In this document: positions 1-8,024 of the stretch, one piece after another | Layout: the number at the start of each line of letters is the position of its first letter | Position numbering within the stretch: the stretch's first letter is position 1 | Origin: Vibrio alginolyticus NBRC 15630 = ATCC 17749 | Lineage (GTDB): Bacteria; Pseudomonadota; Gammaproteobacteria; Enterobacterales; Vibrionaceae | Length of the DNA stretch: 32,000 nt | NCBI RefSeq assembly: GCF_000354175.2 | Contig: NC_022349.1 | Location: 330,001-362,000 of the forward strand | Reading direction: 5' to 3' | Notes under the pieces: model-generated | Seen by the model: the letters and a program-made list of their open reading frames with translations, nothing else | Databases searched by the model: none | Told to the model about the DNA's origin: nothing | Position numbers and translations under genes: made by a program

Positions 1-234
1 TTGGATATTACGCAGATAAATGTGTTTATCCATATCGCTTTCGAAACTTTTGTATTGCTGGTAGGCACGTTCCACCTGCTCTTGGATAGTTTCGGTCGAC
101 TCTGGAAGCAGACCTTCTAAGTTGAATGAACTACGTTCTTCAGCAGAGAATGCACTGCCTTTGTTCAAAAGAGGGGTTGCTAAAAGAGCCGGACCCGCAT
201 ATGGAATATATAGTGGGCGTTTATCGTTGTTCAT
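1..234 (-). CDS. maeA: NAD-dependent malic enzyme, N-terminal 78 codons only (gene runs off the window start)
   Basis: Open-ended, so absent from the ORF track. Reverse translation from the ATG at 234-232 gives [55 protein letters not shown]. From memory this matches the E. coli MaeA/SfcA N-terminus ([31 protein letters not shown]). Confidence 0.85.
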   Translation of the reverse strand, partial: MNNDKRPLYIPYAGPALLATPLLNKGSAFSAEERSSFNLEGLLPESTETIQEQVERAYQQYKSFESDMDKHIYLRNIQ

Positions 235-447
235 TGGGTGCCTTATGTAGGGTTGAAGGATGCGCACCAAATTTTAACGGGTTCACTATTTAGTTGTAAA
301 CATGCGTTGATGCACATCAATGTAATGTCGCAAAAAAATTCAGATACCGACGAAAATATCGGCAATATTGGTTGTTTAGAGATACCTAAAGCAGGATTTT
401 TTTACTTGGGTATAATGTTTTGCATCATCAAATCAAATCCAATTTCT

Positions 448-2802
448 ATGTTTCAACTACCTATCGACAGCCTGCAAGCCGAGTTTGACCATCATGTAAG
501 CCTTAACCATCTTGTGGTGGAAGCCGAAACCGGGTCGGGTAAATCTACCCGCTTGCCCATGTGGGCGGCAAAACACGGACGCGTTCTGGTTATTGAACCA
601 CGTCGAATTGCTTGTACCTCGCTGGCTGAATTTCTTGCGGAGCAATCTGGAGAGCCAATAGGTCGCAAAGTCGGTTACGCGATCAAGCTTCATGCCTATT
701 TTGATGAAAAAACCGAAGTTGTATTTGTCACTCCGGGGGTTGCACTGCGTTGGTTTTCGGAAAACAAGCTAGCAGACTTTGATGTCGTGATAGTGGACGA
801 ATTTCACGAGCGACGCTGGGATATTGATCTATTAACCGCCATTTTGAAGCAAGAAAATCAACATCGATTGATCGTCACTTCCGCTACCTTAGAAGGCGAA
901 AAGCTTGCTCGTTACCTGAATGCTAAGCGCCTGAGTTCGGAGGGACGTTGCTTTCCAGTCACGGTGACACATCGTTCTACAGACAGCCGCTATTTACCGA
1001 ACAAAAAGGGATGTGAACAGGAGGTTGTCGGAGCGGTAAAAGAAGCACTGGAAGATGAAGATGGCGATATTCTTGTTTTTCTCCCAGGACGTAAAGAGAT
1101 CGCCCAATGCGCGCAGATGCTACAAAGCAGCAGTGATGTCATGGTGGTTAAACTTCATGCCTCGGTCAGTGATGCAGAACGACATCGTGCGCTGACGGTA
1201 CAAAAGCAACGGAAAGTCGTATTGGCAACCAACGTCGCGGAAACCTCTCTGACCATTCCTAATATCCGGGTGGTAATCGATAGCGGCTTAGAGCGCAGAA
1301 CTGTACAACGAAATGGACGTACAGCACTGACGTTAACCAACATTTCTAAGGCCAGTGCCGCGCAGCGAATGGGGCGAGCAGGTCGCGTTACCGAAGGGGC
1401 TTGTATTCGTCTATATGGTGAGCACGCGCCTTTAGAGTTGGTGACACCTCCAGAATTACACAGAGAAGAGCTCGTCGAGCCCATGCTGGCAGCGGCTTGT
1501 TGTGGGTACCGTCTCTCAACACTCGATTTTCTCGACTCAATTCCCCCAAAGTCGCTAGAGGCATCTCATTCGACGTTGTTATCCATGGAAGCGATTGATG
1601 AGGATGGCAATGTCACGCAGCACGGGAGAAAAGTATATCCACTACCCATTGATGCACTGTTTGCCGATCTCGTTACCAGAATTCAAGCGAAGACAGAGAA
1701 GGAAGCAATGATTGACTTGGCAGCAGCATTATCTGTGCCTGCTCAACTCTATCAGCGACAAAGTGGTGAAGTCGCTGAGCTTCTATCTCAAGAGGAACCA
1801 TACGGGTGTGATGCCTCTTTGCTTATCCGTTTGGTTCGGGGGGAGCGACTTCCGGGCATTGTCATTGATGCCAGCGCACTCGAAGAGGCGCAAGGTTTAG
1901 CGAAACAAATGCGAGAAGCATTTGAATTGCCGGAACTTGACGTTGCCTCTCGATATAAACGTGAAGCGCTCTTTTTCTCCATCGCCTCATTGCACCCTGA
2001 GCTTGTGTTTGTCCGACGAGCTCGTCGAAGGGATGCTCTAGGAAATGGCGTAGTCGAGATGCTGGTTGGGCGTAACAGCCGCTTTCCTGATAAAGAAGAA
2101 GCGGCCATCGTGCTAGATAGCCATAGCGTGCCAGGACGAGGCGTTAAGCAAACACTGAACCTCGCATCAGTTATGATGCCTATCCCGCTGACATTATTAC
2201 GCGAACTTGAATTTGGGGAGTGGCAACAAGGTGAGACGAATTATGAAGAGGAGACCCCAAGAGCAACAATGCACCTGGTCTACGCCGGGCGAACAATCTG
2301 TACTGAACATCAAGCGTTAAAAGGTGATGTTGCTGTTCAGTCTATTGTCGAAATGATAGAAGACGAGACACTGTTACCAGGTTTTGCTTCTCAAAGAAAA
2401 CAGCAAATCCAACACTGGAAACTCTACAACGCATTGGGCCTTAATGCCGAAGGAGAAGAGGTTAACGACTTGGCCTCCTTGACATTTTCTAGCTGGTTAA
2501 AGGATCAGTTGGAAACATTAGGCGTTGAAAACATCGATGATATGGCGTTGTTTGAACCAGAAGACTTAACATTTAACGGTGTTCCAGAATGGGAATACGA
2601 CGATTTCACGGAGCAGTACCCTTTAGAACTTTCGCTGCCAGAACTCCAACTAGATGTCGAGTATTACGCGTCTCGCAAGCTGGTACAGGTCGTTTATCGA
2701 GAGGGAAACCGTAAGGGAGACCCGAAGCGTTGGGAGCTGCCACGTTGGGCTGGTTGGAAGATACAGTATAAAAAGGCCAGTCGAGTGATTGATGTAAAGT
2801 AG
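448..2802 (+). CDS. ATP-dependent DEAH-box helicase, HrpA/HrpB family (HrpB-like)
   Basis: ORF 238-2802. Helicase motifs are AETGSGKST (I), DEFHER (II), TSATL (III), TNVAETSLTIP (V) and QRMGRAGR (VI), followed by an HA2-like segment. I place the start at ATG 448 (MFQLPIDSL..), about 30 aa before motif I as in HrpB. A TATAAT at 409-414 lies inside the longer ORF extension. Confidence 0.8.
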   Translation: MFQLPIDSLQAEFDHHVSLNHLVVEAETGSGKSTRLPMWAAKHGRVLVIEPRRIACTSLAEFLAEQSGEPIGRKVGYAIKLHAYFDEKTEVVFVTPGVALRWFSENKLADFDVVIVDEFHERRWDIDLLTAILKQENQHRLIVTSATLEGEKLARYLNAKRLSSEGRCFPVTVTHRSTDSRYLPNKKGCEQEVVGAVKEALEDEDGDILVFLPGRKEIAQCAQMLQSSSDVMVVKLHASVSDAERHRALTVQKQRKVVLATNVAETSLTIPNIRVVIDSGLERRTVQRNGRTALTLTNISKASAAQRMGRAGRVTEGACIRLYGEHAPLELVTPPELHREELVEPMLAAACCGYRLSTLDFLDSIPPKSLEASHSTLLSMEAIDEDGNVTQHGRKVYPLPIDALFADLVTRIQAKTEKEAMIDLAAALSVPAQLYQRQSGEVAELLSQEEPYGCDASLLIRLVRGERLPGIVIDASALEEAQGLAKQMREAFELPELDVASRYKREALFFSIASLHPELVFVRRARRRDALGNGVVEMLVGRNSRFPDKEEAAIVLDSHSVPGRGVKQTLNLASVMMPIPLTLLRELEFGEWQQGETNYEEETPRATMHLVYAGRTICTEHQALKGDVAVQSIVEMIEDETLLPGFASQRKQQIQHWKLYNALGLNAEGEEVNDLASLTFSSWLKDQLETLGVENIDDMALFEPEDLTFNGVPEWEYDDFTEQYPLELSLPELQLDVEYYASRKLVQVVYREGNRKGDPKRWELPRWAGWKIQYKKASRVIDVK

Positions 2803-3090
2803 GTCGACGGATGACGTTGTGACAAGAATTGATATTTTCTTGGTGAATCTATAATGATTTCATATTGATAGCGTTACTTGAGTGTTGTTTTTAGTTTCTT
2901 AATTGAAATATTAATCAATTGAATGCTTATATATGGCGAAGCTGTACATCAGTTGTTACAAAGCTGGTTTTAATATTTCCTTTTGTATGTAAATTAGGGC
3001 ATAAAAGACGAATGTTTTATATCCCATTGCTATATCAAAACAGTTGAACGATATTTGGTATATCTCATTTTCGAGTGTCGGGGGCATAGA

Positions 3091-3468
3091 ATGGATCAAC
3101 AAGGAAAGACGTGCATTGAATTCGACTACACTAGCTTTTTAGGAGCGACAGGTAGTAAAAAATGGACCTTTTTAGAGGCATTTGCCACCATCGCGCCTAT
3201 TTTCGGTTTGATGTGGAAACAGAACATTGCGGAATTGAGCAAGCCTGAAGATCGGTTGTGGGATGCCGCATTAAAATCGATGTCTTCTCGTAAAAGTGAT
3301 GAATCCAATTTGGTCCGCTTAACCCAGTTAGCTAAACATGAAGGGATCAATGAATTGCGAGTCGTTATGCCATATTCGCTCGATGTTCAGCAAATCGAGT
3401 ACATAGAATCTCGCAGTCAGTTGAAGGTGGATACGTCAGAACAAGATGTCCTTAACATCAAGTTTTAG
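3091..3468 (+). CDS. hypothetical protein (125 aa), no family recognised
   Basis: ORF 3055-3468. ATG 3091 (MDQQGKTC..) is preferred over the TTG at 3055. The gene has its own AT-rich upstream region and its own rho-independent terminator, so it looks like a monocistronic unit. Confidence 0.5.
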   Translation: MDQQGKTCIEFDYTSFLGATGSKKWTFLEAFATIAPIFGLMWKQNIAELSKPEDRLWDAALKSMSSRKSDESNLVRLTQLAKHEGINELRVVMPYSLDVQQIEYIESRSQLKVDTSEQDVLNIKF

Positions 3469-3520
3469 GCTGAGCATTTCCACTTCATCGATGTACCACT
3501 TAACAATAGTGCAATGAAAA

Positions 3521-3550
3521 GCGACCTCAAAGTAGGTCGCTTTTTTATTT
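3521..3550 (+). terminator. rho-independent terminator of the 125-aa gene
   Basis: Stem GCGACCT/AGGTCGC (3521-3527 / 3534-3540), 6-nt loop, then TTTTTTATTTT. Confidence 0.75.
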
Positions 3551-3798
3551 TGAGGTTTTTGTCACAGGTCTTAGGAAGTGTGATGAATATAGAGTATTTG
3601 CACTTAAATTAACAAAAATGTAACGTTTGGAAATGCAATTGTCATAACTAGCTTCTAACTTTGTGTTTTTAGGACAAATTATCGACTAAGTGGTTGGTAC
3701 TGTAAGTTCGAATTAACGTCCCTTATTGGCATACAAGGATGATCGAGTCACCACGTCATTTGGGCATAAAAACAAACACAATAAGAAAGGAAGTCAAT

Positions 3799-5472
3799 AT
3801 GTCTTTGTCTCGTCGAGACTTTATGAAAGCTGCCTCTTCAACGGCGATTGTTACCGGGCTGGTGGGCTGTGGTAGCGATGCTAGTGAATCTGTTGCGGTT
3901 ACCTTTGAGCACGGAGTGGCGAGTGGAGATCCTACTCAAACACAAGTAATCATTTGGACTCGTGTTACAACCTCAGCGAGCTACGCAGATGTAAGCTGGC
4001 AAGTTTCTTCTAATGAAAATTTTACTGATATCGTACAAAGTGGCACTTTTGCCACGGACACGAGCCGAGATTTCACGGTAAAAGTCGATGTTCAAAATCT
4101 CAACGCAAATTCTCGTTACTACTATCGATTCATGGTTGGAGATGTCACTAGCGAAGTCGGGCAAACTCAAACATTACCAGAGGATGGTGTAGAAAAGGCA
4201 TCCATGGCGGTTGTTTCTTGCGCAAACTATCCTGCTGGTTACTTCCATGTGTATCGAGAGATCTTAAATCAACATGAGCAAGAACCGTTTGATGTGGTAC
4301 TTCATCTCGGTGATTACATTTATGAGTATGGTGCTGGTGGCTACGCTAGTGAAGATGCTGAGGCACTAGGGCGAGAACCAAGCAAAGGCACTGAATGCAT
4401 TACCTTAGATGATTACCGAAAACGGTATGCGCAATATCGCCAAGATGCTGATCTGCAAGCGTTACATGCGAGCCTACCAATGATTGCTGTCTGGGATGAC
4501 CATGAGCTTGCAAATGATACTTGGAAAAATGGTGCGGAAAACCATCAAGAAGAGGAAGGCAGCTTTAATGATCGTCGTGCAGCTGCGGCTGCCGCGTGGA
4601 CAGAATGGTTGCCCGTTCGTGAAAACACTTTCTCAAACATGCTGATTTACCGTCAGTTTTCGTTTGGAAGTTTAGTCAATTTGATGATGCTCGACACGCG
4701 ACTTGTGGGGCGTGATAAACCGTTGGATTATTTCTCGCTCAGCTCACCAACGATGGAAGCTATTGGCGGTTTAGTTGCTCAGTCGCGCAGTCAAGACCGA
4801 GAGCTGTTAGGCGCTGACCAACTCGCTTGGCTGATGGATGCGTTCAGTACGCACGACGCAACTTGGAATGTGCTAGGGCAACAAGTGTTAATGTCTCGTA
4901 TGGAGTTGCCAAGTTCGGTTATGACCGCGATGTTTCAATTGTTTACTGTCACTGAAGAACAAAAAACAGAGGCGTTATTAGCGGTAAACTCTGCGATTAC
5001 GGGTTATCTCTCTGACCCAAGTTTAGATACCATTGCTTTGCCATATAACCTAGATGCATGGGATGGTTACTACGTTGAGCGAGAGAAAGTTTATCAACTG
5101 GCCAAAGCCAGCAGTGGTAACTTTGTCTGCTTGGCAGGAGATACGCACAACGCATGGGCAAGTGAGCTTAAAGACATATCTAAGCATCCTATCGGGGTAG
5201 AGTTTGCGACTAGCTCTGTGAGTTCCCCTGGGTTAGAGGCCTACCTCGCGTTAGACCCTGTCGCGATCGCTCAAATGGAATACACGCTGCCGCACTTAGT
5301 GTCAGAATTACAGTGGGCAGACATCAAACAGCGTGGCTTTATGCGCGTTACTTTTACGCCCGACAAGGCAGAGTCGACCTGGTATTTTGTATCAACGATT
5401 AAAGACAAAACATATCAGGTGACGACCAAGTCAGCCTCTACAACAGATGGCACTACGTTAAATATCGGCTAA
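3799..5472 (+). CDS. phoD: alkaline phosphatase/phosphodiesterase PhoD family, Tat-exported lipoprotein
   Basis: ORF 3739-5472. Start ATG 3799 is preceded by AAGGAAG. Twin-arginine motif SRRDFMK, then lipobox LVGC. PhoD-type metallophosphatase motifs include HLGDYIYEY, VWDDHE and GDTHNAW. Confidence 0.9.
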   Translation: MSLSRRDFMKAASSTAIVTGLVGCGSDASESVAVTFEHGVASGDPTQTQVIIWTRVTTSASYADVSWQVSSNENFTDIVQSGTFATDTSRDFTVKVDVQNLNANSRYYYRFMVGDVTSEVGQTQTLPEDGVEKASMAVVSCANYPAGYFHVYREILNQHEQEPFDVVLHLGDYIYEYGAGGYASEDAEALGREPSKGTECITLDDYRKRYAQYRQDADLQALHASLPMIAVWDDHELANDTWKNGAENHQEEEGSFNDRRAAAAAAWTEWLPVRENTFSNMLIYRQFSFGSLVNLMMLDTRLVGRDKPLDYFSLSSPTMEAIGGLVAQSRSQDRELLGADQLAWLMDAFSTHDATWNVLGQQVLMSRMELPSSVMTAMFQLFTVTEEQKTEALLAVNSAITGYLSDPSLDTIALPYNLDAWDGYYVEREKVYQLAKASSGNFVCLAGDTHNAWASELKDISKHPIGVEFATSSVSSPGLEAYLALDPVAIAQMEYTLPHLVSELQWADIKQRGFMRVTFTPDKAESTWYFVSTIKDKTYQVTTKSASTTDGTTLNIG

Positions 5473-5487
5473 GGTGAGCCTAATACG

Positions 5488-5520
5488 AAAAAAGTCCGCA
5501 GGCTAGTGCGGACTTTTTAT
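5488..5520. terminator. bidirectional rho-independent terminator (phoD / purC, convergent)
   Basis: Stem GTCCGCA/TGCGGAC (5494-5500 / 5507-5513) flanked by an A-run on the left and a T-run on the right. Confidence 0.8.
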
Positions 5521-5550
5521 TGGAAAGCGTTTAGCAATCTAGCGACAGTG

Positions 5551-6654
5551 CTAGTCAATCAATCCGTATTCTTTGCTCAGAACCTCGATGATTTCCGCTT
5601 TCGGATTCTCACTCAAATGAATCGGCTTGCCTGTAATCTTCTCGGCAATACCAATGTAAGTGCTCGAAATCGCCATCAAAGATTCGACGGGTAAAGCATT
5701 ATCACGAGCGAGAGCTTCGCGCTCAGGCATACGTTCTTTGTTTAGCAAGATATCTGGGTCAGGGAAGTGGTTAAGTAGGAACTGGCGGAAACCTTCTTTT
5801 GAGTTCTCTACGATGTGACCTGCTTGGTACTCTTTAGCATCCCATATACGAGACGAGTCTGGTGTACCCACTTCATCCATGTAAATCAGCTTTTCATTGC
5901 CAGCAGCATCATGAACATAACCAAATTCGAATTTGGTATCGACAAAGATTTGGTCGATTTCTTCTAACGCTTGGCTGATAACGTTAAAGCCTTCTTTCAG
6001 CAATTTTTCGTAGAGTGCGATATCGTCAGCGCTTGAGAAGTTAAATGCTTCGTAGTTGTCTACGATGTTTTGACGAGTAATATTTACGTCATCCGCTTCT
6101 GGCACACCGGGAATGCCTTTTAGAATGCCTTTTGTGGATGGGGTCATTAGCAACTCTGGCAGTGCTTTGTCTTTTCCTAACCCTTCAGGAAGTTGGATTC
6201 CACAAAACTCGCGCTCGCCATTTGCGTAAGCGCGCCACATCGAACCCGTGATGTATTTGCGGCAGATGGCTTCGATTTTTACCGGTTTGGCTTTTTGTAC
6301 AATCCAAACAAAAGGGTGAGGAATGTCTAGAATATGGCTATCTGCTAAGCCATTTTCTTTGAACAGTTTGAACCAGTGATTAGAAATCGCATTAAGCGCA
6401 GCCCCTTTACCCGGGACACCATTAAGACCACCTTCAGCATGCCAAATACAATCGAATGCAGAGATTCGGTCGCTAATCACCATGATAGCCAAAGGCGCAT
6501 CTGGAGCGACATTGTATCCTTTTTCTTTGATCAGTCGGGCGCTGTCTTCTTCAGTTAACCAGTAAACTGAACGAACTTTTCCACTATGAACGGGTTTATG
6601 GGTGCGAATTGGCAGGTCGTCATTGACGGCAAGTACTTGATTAGCAAGGCTCAT
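5551..6654 (-). CDS. purC: phosphoribosylaminoimidazole-succinocarboxamide (SAICAR) synthase, long 367-aa form
   Basis: Full-length ORF with a SAICAR synthetase sequence (..GKVRSVYWL.., ..ISDRISAFD.., ..DTKFEFG..). A PurR box lies upstream. Confidence 0.95.
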   Translation of the reverse strand: MSLANQVLAVNDDLPIRTHKPVHSGKVRSVYWLTEEDSARLIKEKGYNVAPDAPLAIMVISDRISAFDCIWHAEGGLNGVPGKGAALNAISNHWFKLFKENGLADSHILDIPHPFVWIVQKAKPVKIEAICRKYITGSMWRAYANGEREFCGIQLPEGLGKDKALPELLMTPSTKGILKGIPGVPEADDVNITRQNIVDNYEAFNFSSADDIALYEKLLKEGFNVISQALEEIDQIFVDTKFEFGYVHDAAGNEKLIYMDEVGTPDSSRIWDAKEYQAGHIVENSKEGFRQFLLNHFPDPDILLNKERMPEREALARDNALPVESLMAISSTYIGIAEKITGKPIHLSENPKAEIIEVLSKEYGLID

Positions 6655-6775
6655 TGCGACATTCCTATCATCTTAATCAAACGTCAGAAAGAGAAGATAT
6701 TCAGCAAAATGTGGGCGCTGAATAAATCGAATGTGGGCATCATACCAGAACTATTTTAACTCGCCAGAGAAAAAA

Positions 6776-6787
6776 GCAAACGTTTGC
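6776..6787. promoter_or_regulatory. PurR operator (PUR box) upstream of purC
   Basis: AAGCAAACGTTTGCCT contains the perfect palindrome GCAAACGTTTGC of the E. coli PUR-box consensus ACGCAAACGTTTGCGT. It sits about 120 nt upstream of the purC ATG. Confidence 0.7.
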
Positions 6788-6803
6788 CTGTTTTCTTTAA
6801 TAC

Positions 6804-6830
6804 AAAAAAATGCCCCCTTAAAAAGGAGGC
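6804..6830 (-). terminator. rho-independent terminator after sulA
   Basis: Minus strand reads GCCTCCTTTTTAAGGGGGC followed by ATTTTTTTG. The stem has one mismatch. Confidence 0.6.
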
Positions 6831-6859
6831 GAGATGCAGGATAGATAACGTCGAACTTA

Positions 6860-7252
6860 TTAGTGGTACTTATTAACTCTGCCTTCGACGAAAAAGACTT
6901 CACACTGATAGCGCTGCGCCACGTCGCGCAACATAGATTGATTCATAAGTGCAATTTTATTGGATGCGACAACAGCACTGGCATTACCTGATCGGATGGC
7001 TTTTATCACGATCTCGACTTCTGAAAGCTGTTGAGAGGGCTTCATTTGAATAACGTTTTTACAGCAAATATTAGAAGCAGTGAGTTGTTCAAAGTCTGGA
7101 CGAGGGCAGTCTGCTGTAAACAAAATCCATTGTTTCTGCTGCGATAAAACAGCCAGCTTAGATAGAAGCTGATCCGAAACGGCCATGGGCTTAGTTGCTT
7201 GTGCCAATACGTTGTAGCGAGAGTATGTATGAGATTGACTTTGTAACTGCAT
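6860..7252 (-). CDS. sulA: SOS cell-division inhibitor SulA-like protein (130 aa)
   Basis: The central region (..KAIRSGNASAVVA..) and C-terminus (..VNKYH) resemble E. coli SulA (..RALRTGNYSVVIG.., C-terminus ..SNLYH). A canonical LexA box lies 22 nt upstream of the ATG, and AAGGA is a plausible SD. Confidence 0.75.
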   Translation of the reverse strand: MQLQSQSHTYSRYNVLAQATKPMAVSDQLLSKLAVLSQQKQWILFTADCPRPDFEQLTASNICCKNVIQMKPSQQLSEVEIVIKAIRSGNASAVVASNKIALMNQSMLRDVAQRYQCEVFFVEGRVNKYH

Positions 7253-7273
7253 CTTACTGTTCCTTTATACATG

Positions 7274-7289
7274 CTGTATGTGTATACAG
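7274..7289. promoter_or_regulatory. LexA (SOS) box of sulA
   Basis: CTGTATGTGTATACAG fits CTGT-N8-ACAG. The extended minus-strand 20-mer TACTGTATACACATACAGCA matches 16/20 of the consensus TACTGTATATATATACAGTA. It overlaps the likely -10; TTGATC lies 17 nt upstream on the minus strand. Confidence 0.8.
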
Positions 7290-7607
7290 TAGTTTGTTTT
7301 GGCGACCTGATCAACAAGTTTCTCAAAAGTTATTTGCGGTTTTTTGAGAAGGAAATAAAAGGATTTTACTTTAAGTAATTGAATTCATTTGTTTATTTTT
7401 CATTTCTGATATGTCTAACATCAATTTAAAAATGTGAGGTGAGTAGAAAGTTGGACGAGAGACATACAGGGGTTTACTACTGTATATACAGGTGTTTTTC
7501 ACGGACAGTGGTTTGTATACAGTGGAAGAGGGCTGATAACCGATGCGACATGCTATGTAGGATAGGAGGGAATACGAGATAGAGATTGGAAATAGGCTTG
7601 GGCGATC

Positions 7608-7636
7608 AAAAAAGCGCCTTATAAAAGGCGCTTTTG
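7608..7636 (-). terminator. rho-independent terminator after the zinc-ribbon gene (weakly bidirectional)
   Basis: Stem AGCGCCTT/AAGGCGCT (7613-7620 / 7625-7632), loop ATAA. The minus strand has a 6-T tract; the plus strand has only TTTT. Confidence 0.75.
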
Positions 7637-7664
7637 AAAATCAGTTCCATTGATTCCGTCTTGC

Positions 7665-7847
7665 TTAGCTCGCTCGTTGCAAACGTTCACGCATTTGCAA
7701 TTCGCCTTGGTTAAATAGGCGCACGTCGATTTTCGCCATATCGTAACAAGCTTTACATGAGTAGTGGTGCTTGCCATCTAAATAATCGTGACGAGTTACA
7801 AGACTAGGTTTTTTACACCAATCACAGGTGCCTTCTTCAGTGAACAT
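7665..7847 (-). CDS. small C4 zinc-ribbon protein (60 aa), function unknown
   Basis: ORF 7665-7862. ATG 7847 (MFTEEGTCDWCKK..) is preceded by GGGGAGA. Two CxxC pairs (CDWC..N19..CKAC). A terminator follows. Confidence 0.6.
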   Translation of the reverse strand: MFTEEGTCDWCKKPSLVTRHDYLDGKHHYSCKACYDMAKIDVRLFNQGELQMRERLQRAS

Positions 7848-8024
7848 TGATTTTCTCCCCACCTAGATTAATTTGAGTCGTTAGGTGTTATTTTGCGCCG
7901 GGCATTATGGCATAAAAGCGCGACTTAAGTTAAATGTCTGTTAATTTCTTTGAGAGGGAGATCGATTGCGGTGCTTGATTATATGGGAATAAAAGCATGG
8001 CAGCCAAAGTATCCTGACCTATTT

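Noticed and set aside
238-447. N-terminal extension of the helicase ORF in the track. There are similar 5' extensions at 3055-3090, 3739-3798, 9745-9921, 16208-16288, 18079-18153, 19788-19850, 20872-20904, 22124-22180, 25300-25338, 28686-28721 and 30630-30662.
   Set aside because: The extensions lack SD sequences. They overlap promoters, operators or upstream genes, and they add residues absent from the recognisable family N-termini. Internal starts with good SDs fit better.
1155-2108. ORFs of 60-110 aa lying antisense or out of frame inside longer genes: 457-693, 1155-1484, 1712-1900, 1788-2108, 3126-3350, 3973-4170, 6376-6558, 8341-8574, 9084-9299, 10280-10471, 11118-11351, 12508-12831, 13168-13600, 14477-14659, 14980-15171, 16737-17492, 18764-19837, 20321-20942, 21330-22011, 22596-22886, 23230-23460, 24132-24863, 27603-27797, 28321-28506, 29354-29590 and 31010-31222.
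   Set aside because: All are nested within confidently identified genes and have low-complexity or Ser/Arg/Cys-rich translations typical of non-coding frames. None has a convincing SD.
5506-5694. 62-aa plus-strand ORF after phoD.
   Set aside because: It starts inside the bidirectional terminator and runs antisense to the purC 3' end. It has no SD.
7042-7326. 94-aa ORF overlapping sulA in another frame and running through the LexA box.
   Set aside because: The sulA frame has the recognisable SulA C-terminus and an SD. The alternative frame would place the operator inside coding sequence and has no family resemblance.
7479-7493. TACTGTATATACAGG looks like a second SOS box.
   Set aside because: It is CTGT-N4-ACAG, four bp shorter than the LexA consensus CTGT-N8-ACAG. 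No alternative register on either strand restores the spacing. I kept it only as part of the repeat-cluster observation.
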